From the sequence record OR992646: DNA of 33,119 bases, one strand, 5' to 3'. The position numbers and the translations under genes are program-made. This stretch comes from Escherichia phage ET-SD-TH. Shown here piece after piece: positions 20,872-30,165 of the stretch. Each line of letters starts with the position of its first letter. Position 1 is the stretch's first letter. The notes below the pieces were generated by a model. That model did no database searches. It was not told where the DNA came from and saw nothing but the letters and a program-made list of their open reading frames with translations.

Positions 20872-22920
20872 TCACCAGCGGCTAACCCATCCACCGCCAC
20901 GGCGTTTTGCTGCCCTGGCGGAACGTTTAATGGTCTTAGTCTCTTTGACTTGCTGTTTTTCTTCTTCTTGGGGTTTGTCATTGACCGCTGATGGTGGCTC
21001 CACCGGCTTCATGACAGGTTTTACGTTCGGCAGTCGCTTGCGTCGTTCCGGTGGCGCGTTGTCGTTCGCTACGCCAAACTTTTCAGCCAGACGGCGGAAT
21101 GACGGCTGCATGATTTTAAGCGCGGCCAGCGCATAGTTGCGGCAGTCCAGTGCTTCGTTACGCGCCCGGTCGGGTTTCTTCCATTCGCGGATTGGCTGGC
21201 CCTTCACGTAACGCATGGTTAGCTTTTCAGCGGTGATTTGCTTGAACCATTCTTCATCACGGTCAGCAGGGAAGTGGCAATAACCCGGCCCAGGTGCCGT
21301 CTTGTTTAAACGCCTTGCGGTTATCAGCTTGGCTTCATCGGTTCCCACCAGGAACAAATCCACTTTGCGGGCATCCTTCCCGGATTGCTTGCGCTTCGGC
21401 TTCTCCACGACAGGGCGGCCCCATCCGCCAACGCCTTTGATGGCAAACAGGCGGCGGCCTGTGCGCCCCCTGGCGTATTCGTAGGATGCCTGCGTGTAAC
21501 CGCTGGTGCCCCCTGTATCGAGGCAGGCGGCCATGATCGGCATAATGGCCCCGGTTTCGTGCTGGTAGGTTTCCGCCAGAAGGTCATCCAGTGCATCCCA
21601 GGGGTCAGGCGTCAGTGGGTCACCCCACAGGACGTGGTAACCCAATGACCAGGATTCTTCACCCACACCCCAGGCGACCACCTCACATTCCAGGCGGTCA
21701 ACCTGCATGTCTATGCCTGCGGTGATATACAGCCCACCAGCAGGAACCGGCGCTGCGTATTCCTCGCGGCGGGCCATCAGTGAATCCGGGTCAACCTTGT
21801 CGCCTTCTTCTTCCCAGGTGCGCGCCAGGCTGACGTTGGTGAAGGTTTGCAGGTCGTCGGTTTTCAGCTTGTCCAGGTAGTCACGCACGATGGCCGGAAC
21901 TTTGCGGAACGTGCTGTAAAGTTCGTTCAGATGGTAGCTGGCGTGCCCTTCAAACGGCCTGGATGCCTTCCATCCTGCGCCCTTTCCTTCGGCCTGGCGG
22001 ATAGCCGCTATCCGTTCGCCGTCATTCCACTGCGCGCCGCACGATGGGCAATACAGGTGCGCGGTTTCCGGCTTCTGTTCTTCGATGGCCGCCAGCGTTT
22101 CCGCGTCAGTTTCCCGTTGGCCATCCCATTTGACGTTTTCCCATTCAAGCGTAACGTGATCGTCACAGTGCGGGCAGCAAACAAAGAAGTGCCGCTGGTC
22201 GCCCATTTCATACGCTTTTTCGATGTACGATTCCCCTTTAAGGGTAGGTGTGCTAATTTCCAGCAAAAAACGCTGGTCACCGAAGGTGGCAGAGCGCTGC
22301 CACAGCAGGCCAACAGGGTGGCCTTCGCTGGTTCGTTCATATCCGTCTACCTCGTCACAGACAATCAGCGGCGCTGAACGCCCGCGCATGGTCTTTGGCG
22401 AACCGGACCAGGCGAACATCAGGAACCCGCCAGGGTATGATTTCATTTTCTGGTTGTTCACCCCGTCGCGGCCACGCGGCTTGGCAATGGCGTTGTTTAC
22501 CGGCGCGCATTCTTCCGCCAGCGGGTTGAATTTCGTTTCCAGCCAGGTGCGCAAGTCATCCTGGCTTGGCTGCATCATCATCTGGCTGCGCGGTTCCGCT
22601 GCTACGCTGTACGCCTGCACGCACAGTGCCAGCATGGTTTTGCCCACCTGCGCGCCCCACATCAGGGTCACGCGGTAACAATCAGGGTCAACCAGCATGT
22701 CCATTGGTTCGCGCTGGTATGGCGCGTTATCCAGGCGCAGCGGCCCTGGCACGGCGTTGCCAGACGGAATGCGGATGTTTGCCTGCGCCCACTCTGACGG
22801 CTTCATGTCTGGCGGCGGCAACAATTGTTGTTGTGCGCGCCTGATGGCCTGGTCGATGCCTTCAATGTTGGCAAACGGGTTATTCTTCGCTGTCACCGTC
22901 GCCCCCTTCGTCATAGCCAT
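20872..22920 (-). CDS. terminase large subunit (lambda gpA-like)
   Basis: 682-aa ORF; Walker A-like GAQVGKT; overall similarity to lambda gpA (...FFVCCPHCDDHVTLEWENVKWDGQ...); paired with an Nu1-like small subunit upstream. Confidence 0.9.
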   Translation of the reverse strand: MAMTKGATVTAKNNPFANIEGIDQAIRRAQQQLLPPPDMKPSEWAQANIRIPSGNAVPGPLRLDNAPYQREPMDMLVDPDCYRVTLMWGAQVGKTMLALCVQAYSVAAEPRSQMMMQPSQDDLRTWLETKFNPLAEECAPVNNAIAKPRGRDGVNNQKMKSYPGGFLMFAWSGSPKTMRGRSAPLIVCDEVDGYERTSEGHPVGLLWQRSATFGDQRFLLEISTPTLKGESYIEKAYEMGDQRHFFVCCPHCDDHVTLEWENVKWDGQRETDAETLAAIEEQKPETAHLYCPSCGAQWNDGERIAAIRQAEGKGAGWKASRPFEGHASYHLNELYSTFRKVPAIVRDYLDKLKTDDLQTFTNVSLARTWEEEGDKVDPDSLMARREEYAAPVPAGGLYITAGIDMQVDRLECEVVAWGVGEESWSLGYHVLWGDPLTPDPWDALDDLLAETYQHETGAIMPIMAACLDTGGTSGYTQASYEYARGRTGRRLFAIKGVGGWGRPVVEKPKRKQSGKDARKVDLFLVGTDEAKLITARRLNKTAPGPGYCHFPADRDEEWFKQITAEKLTMRYVKGQPIREWKKPDRARNEALDCRNYALAALKIMQPSFRRLAEKFGVANDNAPPERRKRLPNVKPVMKPVEPPSAVNDKPQEEEKQQVKETKTIKRSARAAKRRGGGWVSRW

Positions 22921-23404
22921 CCAGCAGGGCAGTGGTCACCAGTGATTTCAGCACTTCGTCAATTTCGCCCATCATCACCGATTTGAACCGGCGTTCATCG
23001 GTTTCACCGATAAGCATTGAAACGGTGCGCTGTGGCAGGTTGCGCATACCGGCGCGCACTTCCGCGAAGGCGCGGGCAACGGCGCGTTCAACCTGGTCCA
23101 GCGGTGCCACTTCGCCTTTGGCTTTGGCCAGTTCCAGTTCTGCTTTTTCGGTTTCGGCTGCCAGCTTGCGGCGCTTCAATTCCGTTTCATCGGCCAGCAT
23201 GTCACCGGTGGCCGCTTTCACATCGCGTTCACGCAACCATGCCGCCACCTGCGCGGTGTCGTACTCCCATTCTTTACCGCGCCCGCCAAGTGTTACGTAG
23301 GGCGCGCCGTCTTTTCGCCACTGATCAACTGTTGGCGGTGCTACCCCGAAAACTTCCGCCAGGCCGCTGCGGTTAACTGTTCGGCCCTTTATTACTTTTG
23401 CCAA
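22880..23404 (-). CDS. terminase small subunit (lambda Nu1-like)
   Basis: TVNRSGLAEVFGVAPPTVDQWRKDGAPYVTLGGRGKEWEYDTAQVAAWLRERD aligns with the lambda Nu1 N-terminal winged-HTH (VNKKQLADIFGASIRTIQNWQEQGMPVLRGGGKG...); probable TTG start at 23404 with AAGG upstream; overlaps the large-subunit start by 41 nt. Confidence 0.8.
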   Translation of the reverse strand: MAKVIKGRTVNRSGLAEVFGVAPPTVDQWRKDGAPYVTLGGRGKEWEYDTAQVAAWLRERDVKAATGDMLADETELKRRKLAAETEKAELELAKAKGEVAPLDQVERAVARAFAEVRAGMRNLPQRTVSMLIGETDERRFKSVMMGEIDEVLKSLVTTALLDGYDEGGDGDSEE

Positions 23405-24064
23405 TTAATGTCGCCTTATCTAATGCTAAAATCAATTTTGATTATCCACGCACAACGCGAATNNNNNNNNNNNNNNNNNNNNNNNNNNNNNNNNNNNNNN
23501 NNNNNNNNNNNNNNNNNNNNNNNNNNNNNNNNNNNNNNNNNNNNNNNNNNNNNNNNNNNNNNNNNNNNNNNNNNNNNNNNNNNNNNNNNNNNNNNNNNNN
23601 NNNNNNNNNNNNNNNNNNNNNNNNNNNNNNNNNNNNNNNNNNNNNNNNNNNNNNNNNNNNNNNNNNNNNNNNNNNNNNNNNNNNNNNNNNNNNNNNNNNN
23701 NNNNNNNNNNNNNNNNNNNNNNNNNNNNNNNNNNNNNNNNNNNNNNNNNNNNNNNNNNNNNNNNNNNNNNNNNNNNNNNNNNNNNNNNNNNNNNNNNNNN
23801 NNNNNNNNNNNNNNNNNNNNNNNNNNNNNNNNNNNNNNNNNNNNNNNNNNNNNNNNNNNNNNNNNNNNNNNNNNNNNNNNNNNNNNNNNNNNNNNNNNNN
23901 NNNNNNNNNNNNNNNNNNNNNNNNNNNNNNNNNNNNNNNNNNNNNNNNNNNNNNNNNNNNNNNNNNNNNNNNNNNNNNNNNNNNNNNNNNNNNNNNNNNN
24001 NNNNNNNNNNNNNNNNNNNNNNNNNNNNNNNNNNNNNNNNNNNNNNNNNNNNNNNNNNNNNNNN

Positions 24065-24551
24065 ATGCCGCCACCGTTCCACCGGCGTTGCGATACGCAG
24101 CCAGCAGGTTTGCAATCTTCTGTTCGTGCTGCCCATAACCTGCACCAGGCAGGGAAGCCCAAATGTTGCGAACCTGGCGCACAGCCTGTTCAAACTGACC
24201 GGCCTGAATAAGTGGCAAGGCGCGGCGTTCACGGATTTGTTGAATTGCGATCAAATCCTGTGACAGCGGGCTGAAATCTTTCAGTCCCAATTGCTTTTTG
24301 TAGGCGTCATAATAGCGGCTCAAAAGCTGATAACGGCCAGCAGCCGTGGATTTTATGCCCAGCTTTGGAAGTGCAACCAGCTTGCGTGGATGGTCTTCAT
24401 AACCGGTGAACAGGCCACCACCAACCAGCACGTCGTAGCCGTGGTCATTGGTGCGCTGTCTGCCGTTGTCGGTGCCTTCGCTGTAGGCGATCATATCCAG
24501 GAAAGCACAAACGTTTTTGCCACCTGCCTGTTGTGGAGTAATAACAGCCAT
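24065..24551 (-). CDS. endolysin, lambda R-like lytic transglycosylase (stop codon lies just inside the masked run)
   Basis: ATG 24551-24549 with GAGAGG Shine-Dalgarno; AFLDMIAYSEGTDNGRQRTNDHGYDVLVGGGLFTGYEDHPRKLVAL...GRYQLLSRYYDAYKKQLGLKDFSP...WASLPGAGYGQHEQ is closely similar to lambda R including the catalytic-region EGTD motif. Confidence 0.85.
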
Positions 24552-24553
24552 TA

Positions 24554-24829
24554 TTAATACCTCTCATGTGCGGTTTTGAAACGCTTAAGCCATGATAAAA
24601 AAACGTGACGGGCGCCAACCAGTGCAATGCTGACGTTCATGGTGACAAATGGCCGTTGTGAGTAATGGCCAGTGATGGTGTGAATGATGATTGCCAGTGC
24701 TGATATTGCCACCAGCGAAAAAAACAGTTTTCCAACAATGCCGTCTTTTACTCCGCTGTACACCACGCACCATGATGCCCAGATGAAGATGAAACAGACG
24801 GCGACAAAGTTAATGGCAAAAGTTGTCAT
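24554..24829 (-). CDS. small membrane protein in lysis cassette (function unknown; possible second holin/antiholin)
   Basis: 91-aa ORF with 2-3 hydrophobic helices (FAINFVAVCFIFIWASWCVVY, LFFSLVAISALAIIIHTI); ATGA overlap with the upstream holin gene; stop 2 nt before the endolysin ATG. Confidence 0.45.
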   Translation of the reverse strand: MTTFAINFVAVCFIFIWASWCVVYSGVKDGIVGKLFFSLVAISALAIIIHTITGHYSQRPFVTMNVSIALVGARHVFLSWLKRFKTAHERY

Positions 24830-25149
24830 GCGTTACCACCGAATTTGCTTTTGATAGCCTCAATTAAGGTCGCAATGTCGGCGTTCTGAATCTTCCTGAT
24901 AACAGCCACCACCATCGAACCGCCAAATGATCCCAGCAGGAAACCAATAGCCGAAGTGTATTGCTGCGGGATGCTGTAAAACCATGACGTCCAACCAGTC
25001 AGGAAGTAAGAGCAAGCCAGCCCGCTACAAACAAACCACAGACGGCCTTTGATGCTCTTATCATCGTGAAAAGGAACAGCAATCAACGCACCCATTAAAC
25101 CAGCGATTGCCCATCCAATGTTATCCAGAAACTTCTCAAAAATATTCAT
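24826..25149 (-). CDS. putative holin
   Basis: 107-aa ORF with three hydrophobic segments and a charged C-terminal tail, first gene of the lysis cassette upstream of the endolysin; same size and topology class as lambda S but no clear sequence identity. Confidence 0.5.
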   Translation of the reverse strand: MNIFEKFLDNIGWAIAGLMGALIAVPFHDDKSIKGRLWFVCSGLACSYFLTGWTSWFYSIPQQYTSAIGFLLGSFGGSMVVAVIRKIQNADIATLIEAIKSKFGGNA

Positions 25150-25154
25150 GCCAG

Positions 25155-25589
25155 TTATTGCCCCGTAGTCATTAGTAGTCGGTGCTGATGGTTGTCATTT
25201 GCAGGTGATGTGTCTTTGTGGGGTTTGTCAGTGCAATGGCGCTTTACTGTGCGTTCTGATATGTCCAGCAGTTCCGCAATGGCTTTTGCGTCCATTCCTT
25301 CGCTGTGCATCCGCTTAATGCTGCGGTGAATGAAATGGCGGTAAATGTATTCACAATTAGCCGGGTGAAGCATTTCACCACCGAAGTGCTGCACCATCTT
25401 GCTGGCATCGTGCCACCCCAGGATTTTCACCAGTGGGTCATTGGGTCTAATCCGCTTTGGTACATACAGGATGACTTTGTGGTACTGCTGCGATGGCACC
25501 CACAGTTTTGGCAGTTGACCTATAAGAAAAAGCGCACGTTCACGGCCAATAACGTCAGCTATTTCCTGCACAGTGCGCGGTAATTCCAT
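25155..25589 (-). CDS. Mor-family late transcriptional activator
   Basis: ATG 25589-25587 preceded by GGGGGG; C-terminal GGEMLHPANCEYIYRHFIHRSIKRMHSEGMDAKAIAELLDISERTVKRHC matches the spacing of the Mu Mor GG...HTH region; positioned immediately upstream of the lysis/packaging genes. Confidence 0.55.
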   Translation of the reverse strand: MELPRTVQEIADVIGRERALFLIGQLPKLWVPSQQYHKVILYVPKRIRPNDPLVKILGWHDASKMVQHFGGEMLHPANCEYIYRHFIHRSIKRMHSEGMDAKAIAELLDISERTVKRHCTDKPHKDTSPANDNHQHRLLMTTGQ

Positions 25590-25660
25590 GTAACCCCCCA
25601 ATAATTATAAATAAAAGTCAATATGGGGATTGTAGCACACAGAATATACGAAAGTAACAA

Positions 25661-25928
25661 GGGACTAGCTTGGGACTATCTCGGGAAAAGATAGTCCCAC
25701 TATTATATTATTGATTAACTTGAAGAAAACGCCATTTTCTTGCTAGTTTGGGACAAGTGGGACCAAATTTCCCTATATATACTATTACTCCCCCTATATT
25801 TATAAATAATGTTTTATAAAAAGATAGTCCCTTATAGTCCCAAATGGTGTTTTCGTTATTAATATCAGTAACTTAAAGTGGGACCAGCTCAAAAAAAGAT
25901 AGTCCCATTTGGGACCATAGATAGTCCC
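25661..25928. repeat. array of 11 GGGAC-core repeats (consensus GATAGTCCCA / TGGGACTATC) in AT-rich DNA; candidate replication origin iterons or operator array
   Basis: GGGAC at 25661, 25672, 25750, 25759, 25880, 25911; GTCCC at 25694, 25827, 25837, 25902, 25924; several form inverted pairs; AT-rich tract with CCCTATAT twice (25771-25800) lies in the middle. Confidence 0.6.
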
Positions 25929-25988
25929 AAATCGCATTTGTATGACAATTACTTACCAGAAAAAGTGGTTAATATTGCTAAATCGACC

Positions 25989-26013
25989 AAAAAAAAACCG
26001 CCCGAAGGCGGTT
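25989..26013 (-). terminator. intrinsic terminator ending the leftward early/replication transcription unit
   Basis: Minus-strand RNA AACCGCC-UUCG-GGCGGUU followed by nine U (plus-strand A run 25989-25997, stem-loop 25996-26013), 6 nt after the stop at 26019-26021. Confidence 0.7.
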
Positions 26014-26018
26014 AGTTT

Positions 26019-26273
26019 TCAATCGCGGTTTGGTCCGGTTGGGATGTCGGTAAATCCTCTGCGCTTCCACAGGTGATACAGTCGCCATGCGATGCGTGCG
26101 CGTGGCATTGTTTTGAAGGTTCCCAGTTTGCGTTGATGTTTGCCATCAACGCACGTCACCTGCCAACCCCACGCCAGCCGCTGACAGCCAGGGACGCGCG
26201 CCATGTGCAGGTTGCGGTTGCTGATTGCTGTGACTGCCGGTTTTGGTTTTGCCACCACTGGTGCTGGTTTTTG
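26019..26273 (-). CDS. C-terminal part of a hypothetical protein with AP2-like DNA-binding motif (5' part masked)
   Basis: Frame is open from the N run to TGA at 26021-26019; Pro/Ala/Lys-rich linker then WQVTCVDGKHQRKLGTFKTMPRARIAWRLY resembling the AP2 pattern; terminator follows the stop. Confidence 0.35.
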   Translation of the reverse strand, partial: QKPAPVVAKPKPAVTAISNRNLHMARVPGCQRLAWGWQVTCVDGKHQRKLGTFKTMPRARIAWRLYHLWKRRGFTDIPTGPNRD

Positions 26274-27017
26274 NNNNNNNNNNNNNNNNNNNNNNNNNNN
26301 NNNNNNNNNNNNNNNNNNNNNNNNNNNNNNNNNNNNNNNNNNNNNNNNNNNNNNNNNNNNNNNNNNNNNNNNNNNNNNNNNNNNNNNNNNNNNNNNNNNN
26401 NNNNNNNNNNNNNNNNNNNNNNNNNNNNNNNNNNNNNNNNNNNNNNNNNNNNNNNNNNNNNNNNNNNNNNNNNNNNNNNNNNNNNNNNNNNNNNNNNNNN
26501 NNNNNNNNNNNNNNNNNNNNNNNNNNNNNNNNNNNNNNNNNNNNNNNNNNNNNNNNNNNNNNNNNNNNNNNNNNNNNNNNNNNNNNNNNNNNNNNNNNNN
26601 NNNNNNNNNNNNNNNNNNNNNNNNNNNNNNNNNNNNNNNNNNNNNNNNNNNNNNNNNNNNNNNNNNNNNNNNNNNNNNNNNNNNNNNNNNNNNNNNNNNN
26701 NNNNNNNNNNNNNNNNNNNNNNNNNNNNNNNNNNNNNNNNNNNNNNNNNNNNNNNNNNNNNNNNNNNNNNNNNNNNNNNNNNNNNNNNNNNNNNNNNNNN
26801 NNNNNNNNNNNNNNNNNNNNNNNNNNNNNNNNNNNNNNNNNNNNNNNNNNNNNNNNNNNNNNNNNNNNNNNNNNNNNNNNNNNNNNNNNNNNNNNNNNNN
26901 NNNNNNNNNNNNNNNNNNNNNNNNNNNNNNNNNNNNNNNNNNNNNNNNNNNNNNNNNNNNNNNNNNNNNNNNNNNNNNNNNNNNNNNNNNNNNNNNNNNN
27001 NNNNNNNNNNNNNNNNN

Positions 27018-27157
27018 GGTTTAGCCTCCAGCGATGCCGCCAACTGCCGCAAACACGCCAGTTCAAATTCGCCGCGCAGTGACAGTTCACCGTGGCTGTT
27101 GACCATTTCCAGTTCCGCTATGCGCTCGCGCACGGTGTCAATCGTTACCTGTTTCAT
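27018..27157 (-). CDS. N-terminal fragment of hypothetical protein (3' part masked)
   Basis: ATG at 27157 preceded by GGGGGG; visible translation MKQVTIDTVRERIAELEMVNSHGELSLRGEFELACLRQLAASLEAK; no recognisable motif. Confidence 0.3.
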
Positions 27158-27232
27158 AAACCCCCCACGATTCAATCAGTGCATGTGCCACCAGCAGTGC
27201 GCCGATGGCGTAAATGAAAATGATGTTGTTCA
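27138..27232 (-). CDS. C-terminal fragment of hypothetical membrane protein (5' part masked)
   Basis: Visible C-terminus ...NNIIFIYAIGALLVAHALIESWGVYETGND with one hydrophobic helix; overlaps the start of the next ORF by 20 nt in another frame. Confidence 0.25.
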
Positions 27233-27949
27233 NNNNNNNNNNNNNNNNNNNNNNNNNNNNNNNNNNNNNNNNNNNNNNNNNNNNNNNNNNNNNNNNNNNN
27301 NNNNNNNNNNNNNNNNNNNNNNNNNNNNNNNNNNNNNNNNNNNNNNNNNNNNNNNNNNNNNNNNNNNNNNNNNNNNNNNNNNNNNNNNNNNNNNNNNNNN
27401 NNNNNNNNNNNNNNNNNNNNNNNNNNNNNNNNNNNNNNNNNNNNNNNNNNNNNNNNNNNNNNNNNNNNNNNNNNNNNNNNNNNNNNNNNNNNNNNNNNNN
27501 NNNNNNNNNNNNNNNNNNNNNNNNNNNNNNNNNNNNNNNNNNNNNNNNNNNNNNNNNNNNNNNNNNNNNNNNNNNNNNNNNNNNNNNNNNNNNNNNNNNN
27601 NNNNNNNNNNNNNNNNNNNNNNNNNNNNNNNNNNNNNNNNNNNNNNNNNNNNNNNNNNNNNNNNNNNNNNNNNNNNNNNNNNNNNNNNNNNNNNNNNNNN
27701 NNNNNNNNNNNNNNNNNNNNNNNNNNNNNNNNNNNNNNNNNNNNNNNNNNNNNNNNNNNNNNNNNNNNNNNNNNNNNNNNNNNNNNNNNNNNNNNNNNNN
27801 NNNNNNNNNNNNNNNNNNNNNNNNNNNNNNNNNNNNNNNNNNNNNNNNNNNNNNNNNNNNNNNNNNNNNNNNNNNNNNNNNNNNNNNNNNNNNNNNNNNN
27901 NNNNNNNNNNNNNNNNNNNNNNNNNNNNNNNNNNNNNNNNNNNNNNNNN

Positions 27950-27971
27950 AAAAATGCCCGCCGGTGCGGGC
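27950..27971 (-). terminator. probable intrinsic terminator after the primase gene
   Basis: Minus-strand RNA GCCCGC-ACCG-GCGGGC followed by AUUUUU (plus-strand stem 27956-27971, A run 27950-27954), 11 nt after the primase stop; the continuation is masked. Confidence 0.5.
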
Positions 27972-27981
27972 GAATGAACAA

Positions 27982-30072
27982 TCAAAATGGCCGGTCATCA
28001 TCGTCATGGAATCGCCGGTGGTCAGGGTTTGGCACCTTCGGCGGAATACTGAACAGGCGATTGCTGCCAGACTTCCTGGCAGGCTTGCCAGTGAGTTTTC
28101 TCAGTACCCCTGCACAATGTGTCGTCTGTGCCTTGTTCGGCTTGTCGTAGCCAATTTCTTGCAGCACCTGCGTTGCTGTACGGTCGGTATAGGCTGCCGG
28201 TCTGTCGCAACCCCACTCGTAACGCATCAGTATCATTTCCTCTACCGGGTCAATTGCTTCGTGTTCCTTGTTCACCTGTTCCAGCATGGCTTCTTCTTCT
28301 GCGTTCATCCACCAGCGCTCGCCTTCGCGGTACAACTGCGCCACTTCTGCCCAAACCTGCTGCATATCAATATCGTGTTCGTAGTTGATGCGTGTCACTG
28401 GAATAGTCCACCAGCGAACGTTCCCTGTATCATCCGCAAGGAAGTGTTTCGGGTTCACTGACGCAAAAAACACGGTTCTGCGCTGGTAGGTCGATTCAAG
28501 CCGGTCATAAGGTCTGCGGATTTCGTCACGGTCCTGGCTGATGAATGATTTCAGGCGTGCGATGTCCGATTTACGGAAAGTTGCATCCAGTTCACCAAGC
28601 TCCACCATCCAGCGTCCTATTGCGCTGCTGACGCTATCTTTGTTTGCCGGGTCGATTGTTGCCCCTACCTTAATCAGTTCACGCAGTGTAGGCGGCACCA
28701 GCGAGCGAAACCATGCTGTTTTCCCCAGCGACTGTTCGCCCTGTAGCACCAGAACGCCTTTTGAGTAGAACCCGGTTGGCTGCATCGCGGCAGCAACGGC
28801 GGAAATCAACCAGCGGCGAACCATCATCAACACCAGGCTTCGATCAAAACCTTCCGCCGTTTCCAGTGTATCGCACAGGTCATAAATGCGGCTCACACCA
28901 TCCCACGGTTTTGCGGTGATAAATTCAGATGCCGGATTGTAACGGTTGCTCATGGCAATCAGTTTTACATACTCAGCACAGGAACCAGACGGCATACCGT
29001 TGCGGGCGCACAGGCTGACAATTTCAGTCAATGCGCTGTTCGCTGATGCGTCGTTGCCGTAATCCTTGCCGGGGATCGTAACTACCACATCTTTGCTGAT
29101 TTCGTTGTAACGCGATTTTATGCCGTACTGGGTAAGCAGCCATTCCAGGTTTTCCCACGTGTTAAGCGGTTTTTGCTGGTGGCTCATGTGCGGGAACATG
29201 AACGGGTTTACGCTGGCATCTAGCGGCAGAAAGTTATCATTCACCGGTTCCGGAATCACCGCGTTAATCTGGTTGCATACAGCTTTTAAACCTTCCAGTA
29301 CGTGCAGGTCATTAAAGTCGGTCGGCTTATCGCTAAGGCGCATAAATTTAGGAACCGCCAGCAGGCCACCAGTGGTGATTGATGCCTGGCGAGCGTAGTG
29401 AACGCCATCATTTTGCTTGCCATCTTCGTGCCACTGGTCGTTATCGGCTGCCACAACAATTGTTGCGCGTCCGAACTGCTGACGCATTAGCTTGGCTACG
29501 GTCGGAACGTTGCCAGCATCGAACGCGACCACCACGCAGTAACCGGTAGCCTGGTGGATTGACGCGCCGGTGGAATACCCTTCACAGATAACAATAACCG
29601 GGTTTGCGCCAGTTGGTTTATTGCCAATGACGTGGAAGCACCCACGTTTCTGGCCCCCAGGAAGGTAATCACGGTCACGCCCTAGCTGTGGGTTTTCGTT
29701 CTGGAATATGGCTTGCAGGCTGGTGATCTGCCCGTCAATGTTTCTGATTGGCACCAGCAGCGCGCCATCCTGGTTACGAAAACGACCAATGCGCAGCCCG
29801 AATGATTTAACCAGTTTGCGTTTCAGATATGGGTGTTCATCGCCTTCCAGTTCGGTGGCTGATTCCCATATGGTGTTCGCCTGCGCAGCAGCCTGCGCCA
29901 TACGTTCTGCGCGCAGTTGTTGTTCTTTGCGCTCTTCTTCTTCGCGGCGTTTTTTACGCGCCTGAATCTCTTCGGCAGAAATCGGTGTGCGTTCGTTATC
30001 GTTCAGCGAAAAGCCAAATAACTGCGCCTCACCAATCAGGGTGCCAATCCCAATGCCTCCGTGACGCTTCAC
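27982..30072 (-). CDS. P4-type DNA primase/helicase (Toprim plus D5/P4-like NTPase), as the ORF reinitiating at GTG 30072
   Basis: 696-aa ORF; Toprim-like VIVICEGYSTGASIHQATGYCVVVAFDAGNV and DND motif; Walker A GEQSLGKT in the C-terminal half. The upstream in-frame 120 nt encode the start of a PriCT-2-like domain but are cut off by TAA at 30165-30163. Confidence 0.8.
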   Translation of the reverse strand: MKRHGGIGIGTLIGEAQLFGFSLNDNERTPISAEEIQARKKRREEEERKEQQLRAERMAQAAAQANTIWESATELEGDEHPYLKRKLVKSFGLRIGRFRNQDGALLVPIRNIDGQITSLQAIFQNENPQLGRDRDYLPGGQKRGCFHVIGNKPTGANPVIVICEGYSTGASIHQATGYCVVVAFDAGNVPTVAKLMRQQFGRATIVVAADNDQWHEDGKQNDGVHYARQASITTGGLLAVPKFMRLSDKPTDFNDLHVLEGLKAVCNQINAVIPEPVNDNFLPLDASVNPFMFPHMSHQQKPLNTWENLEWLLTQYGIKSRYNEISKDVVVTIPGKDYGNDASANSALTEIVSLCARNGMPSGSCAEYVKLIAMSNRYNPASEFITAKPWDGVSRIYDLCDTLETAEGFDRSLVLMMVRRWLISAVAAAMQPTGFYSKGVLVLQGEQSLGKTAWFRSLVPPTLRELIKVGATIDPANKDSVSSAIGRWMVELGELDATFRKSDIARLKSFISQDRDEIRRPYDRLESTYQRRTVFFASVNPKHFLADDTGNVRWWTIPVTRINYEHDIDMQQVWAEVAQLYREGERWWMNAEEEAMLEQVNKEHEAIDPVEEMILMRYEWGCDRPAAYTDRTATQVLQEIGYDKPNKAQTTHCAGVLRKLTGKPARKSGSNRLFSIPPKVPNPDHRRFHDDDDRPF

Positions 30073-30165
30073 TGATTTCCAGGTGTCGCGTGCGTCTTTG
30101 CTGTTGTAATTGTCAGACAGGCGTGACCAGTGGTTCCAGACGGTGAAACCGCCGTCGCCTATTTA

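Noticed and set aside
19316-22678. Plus-strand ORFs antisense to the portal and terminase genes (e.g. 19316..19951, 21847..22377, 22223..22678)
   Set aside because: They lie wholly within well-supported minus-strand genes and lack independent evidence.
23405-23462. cos site / Nu1-binding elements upstream of the small terminase gene
   Set aside because: Only 58 bp are visible before the mask; an AATCAA-TT-TTGATT inverted repeat is present (23431-23444) but that is insufficient to call cosB or cosN.
23398-24232. Overlapping ORFs on both strands across the 23463-24064 masked block
   Set aside because: Artefacts of masking. The only supportable gene here is the R-like endolysin, whose 3' end enters the mask.
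25155-25601. Mor-like gene starting at TTG 25601 (MGGYMEL...)
   Set aside because: The G-rich codons just upstream of ATG 25589 are better read as its Shine-Dalgarno (GGGGGG); kept the ATG start.
25661-25928. CRISPR array as an explanation for the GGGAC repeats
   Set aside because: Repeat units are only about 10 bp, occur in both orientations with irregular spacing, and there are no uniform spacers or cas genes; this is an iteron/operator-type array.
26073-28461. Plus-strand ORFs of 415-634 aa and minus-strand ORFs spanning the masked blocks 26274-27017 and 27233-27949
   Set aside because: Open only through N runs. Visible flanks support just short minus-strand gene fragments (26019-26273, 27018-27157, 27138-27232).
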